Assembly (NCBI RefSeq): GCF_009914755.1
Contig: NC_060928.1
DNA length: 64,000 nt
Source: the human T2T-CHM13v2.0 reference genome, Homo sapiens
Reading direction: 5' to 3' (one strand)
Under the pieces are notes generated by a model that was given only the letters and a program-made list of their open reading frames with translations, was not told the origin of the DNA and ran no database searches. This document shows positions 1 to 16,270 of the stretch, piece by piece (positions within the stretch are counted from its first letter, which is position 1; each line of letters begins with the position of its first letter). Both the position numbers and the translations under genes were made by a program.

Positions 1-950
1 CCGAGGACTTGGTGGAGGTGGGAGGGAGAGCGGACCGCGCAGTGTTCCTCTGGGTCCCGGGGTCAGAAGCCGGACAGTGGCGGGGGCTGGACAGTCCGAG
101 CGCAGAGCCTCCCGGGCGAAGTCTGCGCGCAGCACTCCCGGCTGCGCTGTCGGGGACCAGGAGCCTGGGCTGCGGGCGAGCTAGCTGGCGAGCCGGGTAA
201 GATTCGCGGGGCTGTCGCGCCCTCTAGTGGGCTCCGGGGACGCATCCCGCTTTCCCCAGCCCCGGGCGGTCGGCGCCGCTATCTCAGTGGAGCGCAGCGC
301 TGGAACCCCGGGGGCCCGGAGCGGAGGCTAATCTGGGTCACCTTTCCCCTCCTCCGGGCAGCCAGTGGACTCCTCGCAGGCTCTGTGTGGGCCCGGGAGG
401 CGCCGGGTGGACGAGAGGGGGCCGAGGTCTCTGGGTTTGGATTGAGAATGGGACGTCCTTGTAATTCAATGTGGGAGAAGCAGGGGAGTGTGGAGGAGGA
501 CGGGTCCCGTGCGTTCTTGGGGGGCAGGCGCCGTCTTCTGCGTTCCAGCCCCTCGCCAGCTCCCTTGCCCCGCGGGCGGCCTGTTGCTGTTTGTTTGTTT
601 TACGACCCTGCGTTATTGTGCAACGGTAACAGTCGTTTCCAATCAGCTGCGCGGCCGTCGCGGCCCTCGCCAGGCTGGTTTATGGGGGCGGCGGTGGCGC
701 GCGGACAGATAGGACAGCGCGGCCCGGGAACGGCGTCGAGGTCCAGGCGGTCCCCCTGCCCCGAGGGGGCGGAAATGCTGAGGTGGCGAGAGCGTGGGTT
801 GCACAGAACCCTAGTAGCGAGTCCGGCTGAGCCTCTGCGGCCTAGCCCAGCAGCGTCGTCTTCCCGGCTCCGAAGACGTCTTCCCGAAGCCCCGCTGCCC
901 CGGCGCACCAGCTCCCGGTGATGGGGATGATGATGGGGATGATGGGGAGA
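1..950. promoter_or_regulatory. CpG island within PDGFRA intron 1 (candidate alternative promoter/regulatory region)
   Basis: Very GC- and CpG-rich sequence that ends abruptly near 950; CCAAT at ~639 and GC-box-like GGGGCGG motifs at ~685 and ~766. Confidence 0.8.
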
Positions 951-3274
951 TGTCCCCGAATTCTCCTGGGGTCCCGAGGAGATTTAGCCATTTTCAACAG
1001 CAGTTTTCCTATTTCTGCTTAAACCCCGCGGGCTTTCAACTGAGGTCACCACGAAAGCTAAAAGTACAACCTAAGGAAGGAAGAGACTGGAAATTAACAT
1101 TTGGGGTAGTGGAGCTCAGAATTCCTCGCAGCGGCGTCTGTGTCGCAACCCGTGGACGCACGTCCTTGGACCAACACTGCCATCTGCTGGCCACTCGTAA
1201 GAACTACTGCGACCCGCTGTGAGAATGGGCTTCGCGGAGACCATTAGGAAGGTGCTTTATTTTTTATTTTTTATTTATTTTTTGCTCAGTAGGACCGTAA
1301 TAGGTGACTGATTTTCTTTTGCTGTGAGGCTACAAGAATTGCTGGAAGACAACATTTTTATTTCGTGGAAATTTGTGTTGTGTTTCTCCTTGGTTGTTAA
1401 TGCTTTGCATTTACATAGTGAACATCTTATTATCAGAGCTGGCCTGTGAGGAGGGTAGTGGGGGGGCATTGATGTTCCCGTTTCTGAGTGAGGAGACCTA
1501 TGTCGGGGCCTTGGTGACCTCAAGCCGAATGCTCAAACTGCTACTGCTACTCCTAAGGTTGTGCCATTAGGAGTCACACCCGTTTGGTGATATTCAAAAG
1601 GATATGTCATTTTATTCTCCCGTGGTTAAATATATGGTGAGAGGAGAGCAGGCATGTTTATGAGCCCAGATTGTCCCATAAAAGGCTCCTGTTTAAAAAC
1701 ACTCCAGCCCCCTCCCATTACTGGAATGTCTGATGGAGCTCCGGGAGATCAAAACAACAAAACAGGCTCTGGTAGGGTGCAGAGGTCCTGGTAAACACAC
1801 CCTCTGCTGGAAAACAGGGAGAAGTTTCCACCAGTGTAGACCTGCACTTGGTTTGCCTGGGCTGAAGTTAGGAGACTGCGTAGAAAAAGGAAAATGTGTA
1901 ATTTTCACAGTTAGAATTAACTTAGGAGAGCTGAAATTAACTGAGCCTCGGAAATCTGAATCTTGAAGTCACCAGTGGCTTTTGGGGCTGTGAGAGAGTC
2001 TCCTGTGGTCTTTAATCATGTGAGGGTGGGGTGAAATTCAATATTCAGTGGTTCTGCAATGGGATGCACTGTGCAATTGGTGATTGAGAAGCCAACTCTC
2101 TGGCTTTAGGAGAAGAATGTCTTGCTGTTAGTCCTTCTGGAAATAGAGCCTTGCATTGCCTACTGTCTGTTTACACTACCTTTGCACATTGCCTTTGGTT
2201 ATAGAGTCATGTCCAATGGCTCTTTACTTCTGTTTGCAGGGCAGGAGATGGCACCCTGTTAAAGAGAAAGGATAGTAGCTGCAAAGTCATTTGTTTCTCT
2301 GTTTCTGTGACTGTATATATTGGCTCATCTTTGAATGGTCTTTATAGCCACACCAGGCTGGAGGTAACAGGGTCATGGGAGTGGACTGCTGGTGTGGGCT
2401 GAATCAGAGTTCAGATCCATGTCTCCAGGAGGTAGGAGGTGCAGGGCAAGTCATGTGGCTTCTGGGGCATCCCTCACTTTCTTAGTTAAGGAGAAGTTGA
2501 AGGAGCCGATCTAAAATATCTTGGGAGTCTGCAGAAAAAGTCGTGAAAATCAAAGCACTTTCAATTAAACTATATAATTTAGTCCTTACAAGAATGCCAC
2601 AGGGCAAGCAACCAGTCAGGCCTTGGTAGTCGTGCTTCCTAGAAGAAAAGACTGAGGTTCAGAGAGTTGGATAGAGTATCAGATTTGGGATCAGTGGCTA
2701 GTCCAATGTGATTTCCATCCTTTCTTCTGAGAGAAAGCATAAGAAGGCCAAGAGGATGGTGGAAAAGCACAAGTCACCTGCCTGAGAGTCAACAGGGCGG
2801 GGGGTCTCTTTCTCAGTTTGTTCCTCTAAGTTATGGCAAATGTTTTTTGAGCTGTGATTATTGAGAATGGGGGCTGAAGTTCAACATGTAGTTGGCATGA
2901 GGGAAGTAATTATGATTGAAGAAAAGATTTGGGTGAAATCTAGTGTTCTTCCCTGCAAAGGGGGTTGTTCTCACGGATTCTTATGGTGCCATGTTTCTCA
3001 GAATTTGTAGTTTCAGTTACTTATATTTGCACACCTGACTTTAGATGAGCTCCAGAATAGCAGTTACTAATTAAGGATGAGCATTTAGAGTAGATAAAAG
3101 TGGCAGGAACAGCAAGACTCACTCCCAGAGAGCCTCACTACAGGTCTAATAGGTGAGGAAATTCCCCATGTTTCCCATTTTTCTTCATTACCTCCCTGTG
3201 GGGCAAGCACTGCCATTATTCATGAGTAAACTGTCTGAGTTATAGATAAGTAATGACATGAAACTTCACAAACA

Positions 3275-4089
<815 letters not shown>

Positions 4090-4654
4090 TGAAGGAAATC
4101 TGGGAGTGTCTGGCCAGGGCAAAGCACTGCTTAGAGCTTGCACAGGAAAAGCAGTGAGCCCTTCTTTTAAGCTGGAGAAAGCTTTAAAGATGCATCTTTG
4201 GCAAGTCTTGCCAAAGAAATATGGGTTCTAAATGTGATAAAACCAAAGACATCAAGCTGGCTCTGGAGGCCTTGTTTGAAGTTTGCTGAGTGGATTGTCA
4301 GTGGGAGGCTGATATTTATATGTACAAACACACAAGCATTACTGCTAATTGTGGTAAATCAGGCTGGCCAGCCTGGCTCTGGGGCCCACTGTGCCTGCCA
4401 CCGCAGCAGTGTGGAAGCCTTGCATCCCAGGCACATGTCAGGATCCTCGGAGGCCATCAGCCAGCCAGCATTGTGTGAATTGCATTTGGGTTCACAGCAC
4501 TGTAATTGTGTTTCTCCTGCTGTGGTGAGCAAAGGAGGAAAATGGAAGGAGGAGGTATAATTTGCCCTAGGAAATAGTCAGGCAAGTAGGTGGCACACAG
4601 GGGTGGGATATGGCTAAAACACTGACCTTCCCTTGAGAGAGACCATATGGTGAA

Positions 4655-4775
4655 GTGGAGAGGGCATGGCGTTTGTATCACACGACCTTGTGTTCAAATC
4701 CTGGCTCTGTCACTGGCTGTGTGACTTTGGGTCATTTGCAAAACCTCTCTGAGCCTCAACTGCCACTTCTTAAAA
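4655..4775 (+). mobile_element. MIR fragment (paralogue at ~21805-21920)
   Basis: MIR core TTCAAATCCTGGCTCTGTCACT...TGTGTGACTTTGGG...AACCTCTCTGAGCCTCA. Confidence 0.7.
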
Positions 4776-5256
4776 TCAGCTCTAAGTAATCACAGGGTTA
4801 TTCTTCACAAACACAGCATGCACATGCAAACTTTGGCTTAGTAAATAATGGTTTCTCCTTCTCTTACTTTGTTTTCTACATACCCCACTCCCCTTCCTGT
4901 GAGGAGCCTTCCACCTTTTTCTCTGTGTTCTCTTCCTCTCCCATTTTCCTGGTAGCATTCAATAAAACAGAAATCTGATTTCTGCAAAGTAGGCCACCTT
5001 ACGGTAGAAATACATGATTAGGCCCCACCAAAAACTTTGATTAGGCTATTATCTTCTGGATCCTGGATCCCCTCCAACCAAACCAAACCCAACTAGGGCT
5101 AAACACAGCAATATATGAATACATTGAATTTCTCTCTCACTCTTTCTTTTTTTTAAACCAGTTTACTCAGGAATCACATGCACACATATTTTAGCTTCCA
5201 AAGCCAATGATGGAACAAATTGTGTCCCATTAGGCTCACTCCATTGTATGAGTTAG

Positions 5257-6243
5257 CATCAGAGGAGTTCATACCAGAGTGACTTCATCTTGAATAGGGC
5301 CTAGGTAAGAAGAGGATGAGACCTGCTGGGCTGCATTCCCAGGAGGTTACACATTTGTAGTCACAGGAGAGAAAGGAGTTGGTATAGGAGTTGATAGATA
5401 CAGGTCATAAAGACCCCAGTGATAAAACAGGTTGCAGGCCAGGTTTGGTGGCTCATTCCTGTAATCATAGTACTTTGGGAGGCCAAGGCAGGAAGATTGC
5501 TTGAGCCCAGGATTTCAAGATGAGCCTGGACAACATAGTGAGACCTTGTCTCTACAAACAATAATTTTAAAAACATGAGCTGGGCATGATGGTGCAGGCC
5601 TATAGTCCCAGCTACTGGTCTGAGGGGCAGTTGGGTGGCAGGCTGAGATGGGAGGATGGAGGCTGCGGTGAGCTGAGATCAGGCCACTGCACTCCAGCCT
5701 GGGTGATGGAATAAGACCCTGTCTCAAAAATAGATAAATAAATAAATAAATAAGCCAGCAAAACCAGAATGCAGTGAAGAAGCTGGCCAAAACCCACCAA
5801 AACGAAGATGGTGATGAAAGTGACCTCTGGTCATCCCTACTGCTTATTACACACTAATTATAATGCATTAGCATGTTAAAAGACACTCCCACCAGTGCCA
5901 TGGCAGTTTACAAATGCCATAGCAATGACCAGAGATACTCTATATGGTCTAAAAAGGGGAGGAACCCTCAGTCCTGGGAATTACCTGTCCCTTTCAGGGA
6001 AAACTCATGAATCTTCTACCGCTTGTTGAGCGTATAATCAAGAAATAACTATAGGTATACTCACTCAAGCAGCCATGCAGTTGCTGTGCCCATGGAGTAG
6101 CCACTCTTTTATTCTTTTACTTTCTTAATATATTTGCTGTCATTTTACTCTTTTGGCTTGCTCTTGAATTCCTTCCTGCATGAAGCCAAGAACCTTTGTG
6201 ACCTCCCAGGCTGAACCCCAATTTTGAGTTCCACCCTATGACA
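5257..6243 (+). mobile_element. MER41-family (ERV1) 5' LTR, interrupted by an AluJ
   Basis: MER41 hallmarks (CATCTTGAATAGGG, CTGGGCTGCATTCCCAG, TAATTATAATGCATTAGCATG, GAS region); ends TGACA; preceded by TTAG; followed by a PBS. Confidence 0.88.
5437..5758 (+). mobile_element. AluJ-like element inside the MER41 LTR (same site occupied in the second LTR)
   Basis: Diverged Alu with GGATTGCTTGAGCCCAGG-type motif; flanked by AAAACAGGTTGCA / AAAACCAGAATGCA. Confidence 0.85.
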
Positions 6244-6250
6244 TCTTTTC

Positions 6251-6269
6251 TGGTGACCAATGAAGGGAC
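6251..6269 (+). other. Retroviral primer-binding site, tRNA-Arg-like
   Basis: TGGTGACCAATGAAGGGAC resembles the complement of the tRNA-Arg(TCG) 3' end (TGGCGACCACGAAGGGAC); 7 nt after the LTR end. Confidence 0.7.
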
Positions 6270-6574
6270 AATGGTAACCTCCCGTTGACTTTAAATTAAA
6301 ACTGATTGGCACTGTTTGGGCTTCACCGGTGGGTGAGTCTCTCCTTGCCCAGATTCAACTTGCTAACATTTTTTTCTCTTCAATTTTGGCTCCTTTGTCC
6401 TTCCTAATGTTCTTCATTTTGGACAGATGGGAAAGTGGCTGTGAGGCCTCTGGCTTAGCAGCCTGATAGCAGCCTCCTGTTGTCTGGGTGCCCCAGATGG
6501 GAGCACGCCTGGCTGGCCACATCTTTTGCAACCCACCTTGTCATCCCTTCTCTGGGACCTTTTCTCTTTAGTTT

Positions 6575-6905
6575 CTTTTTTAAAAAAAATTTTAAATTAT
6601 TTATTTATTTATTTATTTTTAGAGATAGCATCTCGCTGTGTTGCCCAGGCTGGAGTGCAGTGGCATAATCATGGCTCACTGAAGCCTGGACCTCACTGGC
6701 TCAAGTGATCCTTCCACCTCAGCCTCCTGAGTAGCTGGGACTATAGGCATGCACCACCACGCCTGGCTAAATTTTGTATTTTTTTTGTAGAGACGGGGTT
6801 TTGCCATGCTGCCTAGACTGGTCTTGAACTCCTGGGCTCAAATGATCTGCCTGCCTCAGCTTCCCAAGGTACTGGGATTATAGGTGTGAGCCACTGCACC
6901 TGGCC
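6575..6905 (-). mobile_element. AluJ-like element containing a candidate exon
   Basis: Antisense Alu; TSD TCTCTTTAGTTT. Confidence 0.92.
6806..6868 (+). CDS. PDGFRA: Alu-derived alternative upstream coding exon (exon ~6791-6868), adding MLPRLVLNSWAQMICLPQLPK-FPRA to the PDGFRA N-terminus
   Basis: T-tract+TAG acceptor at 6790; GCCATG; 21 open codons; AAG|GTACTG donor in phase 0 with exon 2 (TTT CCC AGA GCT ATG), giving 1114 aa. Confidence 0.65.
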
Positions 6906-8269
6906 TCTCTTTAGTTTTTAATGACTGGCTGTTTGACTTCTCTGCTCTTCAGGCTGAAATTCTTATTTCATGTTTGTAGTCTTTGCCTTGGCTATTTGGC
7001 AACTGTTTAAGGCAAGACACTTGGTTTTGAGAGTTCTCCCGTTGTGTTGACCCTGGGACACCAGGGTCATTGTTCTGTAGCTCCAATTATGTTAGGTCTC
7101 ATGCTTTTGGGTTTCACTATTGGCCACCCCCCAGATGCTCTGGGGTTTTTGGCATTTGGTGTGGGGACCCTTGTTAGCTGATACTCTGGGCTTTTCGGCA
7201 TTTGGATGCTCCAGGGTGTTTGGCACTGACATTCCCCTCTAGCATTGTGGGTTAGAGTCCCACCCAGGGGAAATCTTGGTTTTGCCTTTTCTTGTTTTCT
7301 ACTCTAAAGTTATCATTTTCTATAAAAACATTTTCTTTTCTTATTGTCACTTTGTTTAATGCTTTGCTCCAGGAGGTGGGAATTTGCAGGGGAAAATAAT
7401 TGGGCTCTCCCTATACTTAGAAAAACTTCTGTGTCTAGTAGAGATCCTTGTTAGACAAAGGGACAGTGGTGAGTCCCAGAGAACTCGTCACTAGGGTGCC
7501 TTTTAGGCAATTGGAGCAAATTCAAATTAGCAAACTAAGTTTGGCCATTTGGATAAGTCCCAGTTTTGTCAGGGAAATAATTTGGGTCCAGCTATCTTTT
7601 ATAAAATAGTGCGTTTGCGTTCCTACATTATGGCTAGAGCTCAAAGATAAAAGCTATTGGATCTTTGTTTATGTGTGTGTATAAATGTCTAGATGTGTTT
7701 ATGTGTATGTACATTTATTATGTTATATATTGTATCTACAGGGTACCAAATTGGCTTATAAATAAAAGAGTGCTCATAAAAAGAGTAAATAAGTCCAAGC
7801 ATTTCTCAAGCTCATGTAACTTAAGTTTACTAAAATTTAGAGTTACTAAAAATTCATATATAACTCTGTATAAATGTGCCAAAGAAGATATGCTCTTAGT
7901 GAAAATAAATTCTTTTTGGCCAATTCAGATGTCATTTATATGTGGGGTTTAAAATATGAATTTCGAAAGAAAATAAAAACAAGTAGAAAGAAATAAAAAA
8001 CAATAAGCAGTGGAGAGAGATGTGAGGAAAGTTATGAATATGAAGACGTATTTTTGGTAAGGAATGTTATAAAGAAATTTTATGAGAAAGGATCTTATAT
8101 GATAAATTCTTGTCCTAAGGTAGAATGACTGATTGTTTAGAAAAGAAGGAAATATAGGACAAGTCAGAAAGTCCAAGCATGTTGTAGATGACCTATGTAA
8201 GTCACGATAAAGTTTATACAAGAGAATTTATTAAAATTTAGATGTAATTAGCCATAACTGAAAGGAAAT

Positions 8270-8689
<420 letters not shown>

Positions 8690-10318
8690 TAAGATTGCAA
8701 GAAATATTGACTTTTAATTCTAGAATCTGTTTCCTTTGAAGGCCTCTCAGATTTATATCTTTTCCTTTTCCCTTGAAAAGGTATAGCCTTTGCAAGTTCA
8801 AAACTGACTTCCCTAGACTCCTTTTAGGAAAAGCAATACAGTGGTTGTTTCAGGCTGTGGCTCAATAGCTAAGCCTTTGTTCTTTCATGGTGGTGGCCTG
8901 GGTTCAGTTCCTGGCTTAGAGAATGAGAGGTTTCCAGTTTGCTACTTCTGGGACTTTTGTCATTTATTTATTCTTTTTGTCTCCATCGACAGCTTCTGAT
9001 TTTCTCACTTGAATTTTTTTTTCTGTGAGCTACCTTAAGGGTAATGTTGGATCTTGTAAAAATTGCTTGCCATCTCTTTGGAGATACCTCTTGTGTCCAT
9101 GGTTAAGTTATAACCTTGGTTAAGGCCTGTTGGTTTCACTAGGGAAAATACCTTTAAAAAAAGGCTTAAAAGCCAGAGATGTTGGCTATTTGTCCTGGCT
9201 AGAGTCTGGTATTAAGGGATTTAAAAGGATTTTTTAAAGGACCTCTATAGTTATAAGTCAGCTTAATTAAAAATGGATATTCCATAGTCATATTTATATA
9301 TATATACACACACATATATATGTATGTATGTGTGTATATATATATATTTAAAAGACCTGTATGATTTTTTTCTTCTTGGAACTTATTTTTTTGAGAGAAA
9401 GTGTTTTGTGTGTTTGTTGTTTGTTTTTCTTCTCAGTGGACTGAATTATTTCTCCATTCTGTCTTTTTACCCCCTTTAATGACCATATTAGAGGACCTAA
9501 GATAATTTCTGACAGCCTGGGACTCCTTGGGAGGAAACAGAAGGTGCCACAGACCTCGTTTTGGGAGAAACCTCTGTTTTCCTCATGGAACCCCAAGAGC
9601 TGTAAGCAGAGAGTTCTCCCTCAGAATCCAAGGCTCTGCTCTGTTTACGTCACATTACCTGACCTTTGTGACTTTTGGGGGCATCAGAAATTACTTTGCA
9701 TTATGAGGGAACCTTTAGCATTGGTGTGTATTACCTAGGTAGGATGTGTACTTTTAGGGATTGCAGTTGCTTACATGAGTGGTTATTACTACAGACCAAT
9801 ACTTCTTTCTTCTCACATTTAAATGAAAAAAAAGCATGCTCTTGGGCATCCACCTATGAATGGAGGATGGGCTGATTTGCTTTAGGTTGGCCACCAGCCT
9901 TTGGGGAACATCGTTGCAGTGAAATGCTTGGTGAAAGCATTGCACTGTCTGATCGCATAGTGCACTTCTATGCACTTCTGCCTGATGTCCTAGGCTCAAC
10001 ACCTGCTACATAATTAAGATCACTTACTTATCAGGTTTTTAATCAAAATGAAATGTTGCTAAGAGTTAACATTATAGCATATGTAATTGAGATTACTGGA
10101 GAAAGTTTTACCTACAAGATATGTAAGGAAAGCAAAATGTGTTTTTGGTAAAAGATTATAGGAAGGTGTGCCAGTATAGTTTTTTATTTTGCTTACTTTA
10201 ATGGGTTAAAGGATTGTTTTAAGTTTGATAGGAGAAAGCTGAAGCATGAGCAAGTTGTGGAAGGTATATGAAAGATTAACATTTTAAAAGAAATTCTGTG
10301 TGTAAACATTGGCTAAAG

Positions 10319-10780
10319 TTAAAGGAGGAGGTTGGAGCCAAGATGGCTGAATAGGAACAGCTCCGGTCTACAGCTCCCAGCATCAGCGATGCAGAAGATG
10401 GGTGATTTCTGCATTTCCATCTGAGGTATCAGGTTCCTATCACTAGGGAGTGCCAGACAGTGGGCGCAGGACAGTGGGTGCAGCGCACCGTGCGCGAACC
10501 GAAGCAGGGCAAGCCATTGCCTCACTCGGAAAGTGCAAGGAGTCAGGGAGTTCCCTTTCCTAGTCAAAGAAAGGGGTGACAGACGGCACCTGGAAAATCG
10601 GGTCACTCCCACCCCAATACTGCGCTTTTCCGACGGGCTTAAAAAAAGGCACACCAGGAGATTATATCCCGCACATGGCTCAGAGGGTCCTACGCCCACA
10701 GAGTCTCGCTGATTGCTAGCACAGCAGCCTGAGATCAAACTGCAAGGCAGCAGCGAGGCTGGGGGAGGGGTGCCCACCAT
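10319..10780 (-). CDS. L1 antisense ORF0 homologue, open for 153 aa
   Basis: MVGTPPPASLLPCSLISGCCASNQRDSVGVGPSEP matches the ORF0 N-terminus; ATG at 10780-10778. Confidence 0.55.
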   Translation of the reverse strand: MVGTPPPASLLPCSLISGCCASNQRDSVGVGPSEPCAGYNLLVCLFLSPSEKRSIGVGVTRFSRCRLSPLSLTRKGNSLTPCTFRVRQWLALLRFAHGALHPLSCAHCLALPSDRNLIPQMEMQKSPIFCIADAGSCRPELFLFSHLGSNLLL

Positions 10781-11363
10781 TGCCCAGGCTTGCTTAGGTA
10801 AACAAAGCGGCTGGGAAGCTCGAACAGGGTGGAGCCCACCACAGCTCAAGGAGGCCTGCCTGCCTCTGTAGGCTCCATCTCTGGGGGTAGGGCACAGACA
10901 AACAAAAAGACAGCAGTAACCTCTGCAGACTTAAATGTCCCTGTCTGACAGCTTTGAAGAGAGCAGTGATTCTCCCAGCACACAGCTGGAGATCTGAGAA
11001 CGGGCAGACTGCCTCCTCAAGTGGGTCCCTGACCCCTGACCCCTGAGCAGCCTAACTGGGAGGCACCCCCTAGTAGGGGCAGACTGACACCTCACACAGC
11101 CGGGTACTCCTCTGAGACAAAACTTCCAGAGGAATGATCAGACAGCAGCATTTGCGGTTCACGAAAATCTGCTGTTCTGCCGCCACTGCTGCTGGTACCC
11201 AGGCAAACAGGGTCTGGAGTGGACCTTTAGCAAACTCCAACAGACCTGCAGCTGAGGATCCTGTCTGTTAGAAGGAAAACTAACAAACAGAAAGGACATC
11301 CACACCAAAAACCCATCTGTACATCACCATCATCAAAGACCGAAAGTAGATAAAACCACAAAG

Positions 11364-12375
11364 ATGGGGAAAAAACAGAGCAGAAAAACTGGAAACTCTG
11401 AAAAGCAGAGCGCCTCTCCTCCTCCAGAGGAACGCAGCTCCTCACCAGCAATGGAACAAAGCTGGACGGAGAATGACTTTGACGAGTTGAGAGAAGAAGG
11501 CTTCAGACGATCAAACTACTCCGAGCTACAGGAGGAAATTCAAACCAAAGGCAAAGAAGTTGAAAACTTTGAAAAAACTTTAGACGAATCTATAACTAGA
11601 ATAACCAATACAGAGAAGTGCTTAAAGGAGCAGATGGAGCTGAAAGCCAAGGCTCAAGAACTACATGAAGAATGCAGAAGCCTTAGGAGCTGATGCGATC
11701 AACTGGAAGAAAGGGTATCAGTGATGGAAGATGAAATGAATGAAATGAAATGAGAAGGGAAGTTTAAAGAAAAAAGAATAAAAAGAAACGAACAAAGCCT
11801 CCAAGAAATATGGGACTATGTGAAAAGACCAAATCTACGTCTGATTGGTGTACCTGAAAGTGACGGGGAGAATGGAACCAAGTTGGAAAACACTCTGCAG
11901 GATATTATCCAGGAGAACCTCCCCAATCTAGCAAGGCAGGCCAACATTCAGATTCAGGAAATACAGAGAACGCCACAAAGATACTCCTCGAGAAGAGCAA
12001 CTCCAAGACACATAATTGTCAGATTCACCAAAGTTGAAGGAAAAAATGTTAAGGGCAGCCAGAGAGTAAGGTCAGGTTACCCACAAAGGGAAGCCCATCA
12101 GACTAACAGTGGATCTCTCAGCAGAAACTCTACAAGCCAGAAGAGAGTGGGGGCCAATATTCAACATTCTTAAAGAAAAGAATTTTCAACCCAGAATTTC
12201 ATATCCAGCCAAACTAAGCTTCATAAGTGAAGGAGAAATAAAATACTTTACAGACAAGCAAATGCTGAGAGATTCTGTCACCACCAGGCCTGCCCTAAAA
12301 GAGCTCCTGAAGGAAGCACTAAACATGGAAAGGAACAACCGGTACCAGCCACTGCAAAATCATGCCAAATTGTAA
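11364..12375 (+). pseudogene. L1 ORF1p, disrupted
   Basis: MGKKQSRKTGNS...YQPLQNHAKL; premature TGA at 11691 and a frameshift near 12035. Confidence 0.95.
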
Positions 12376-12438
12376 AGACCATTGAGGCTAGGAAGAAACT
12401 GCATCAACTAACGAGCAAAATAACCAGCTAACATCATA

Positions 12439-16270
<3,832 letters not shown>

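Noticed and set aside
385-921. 178-aa ORF and overlapping ORFs in the CpG island
   Set aside because: GTG start, Arg/Pro/Gly-rich composition and stop-codon scarcity are expected in GC-rich DNA; no recognisable domain.
4198-4560. MASLAKEI... ORF repeated at 21340-21543
   Set aside because: TTG start; the similarity only reflects the DNA duplication; the copies stop at different places; no splice support.
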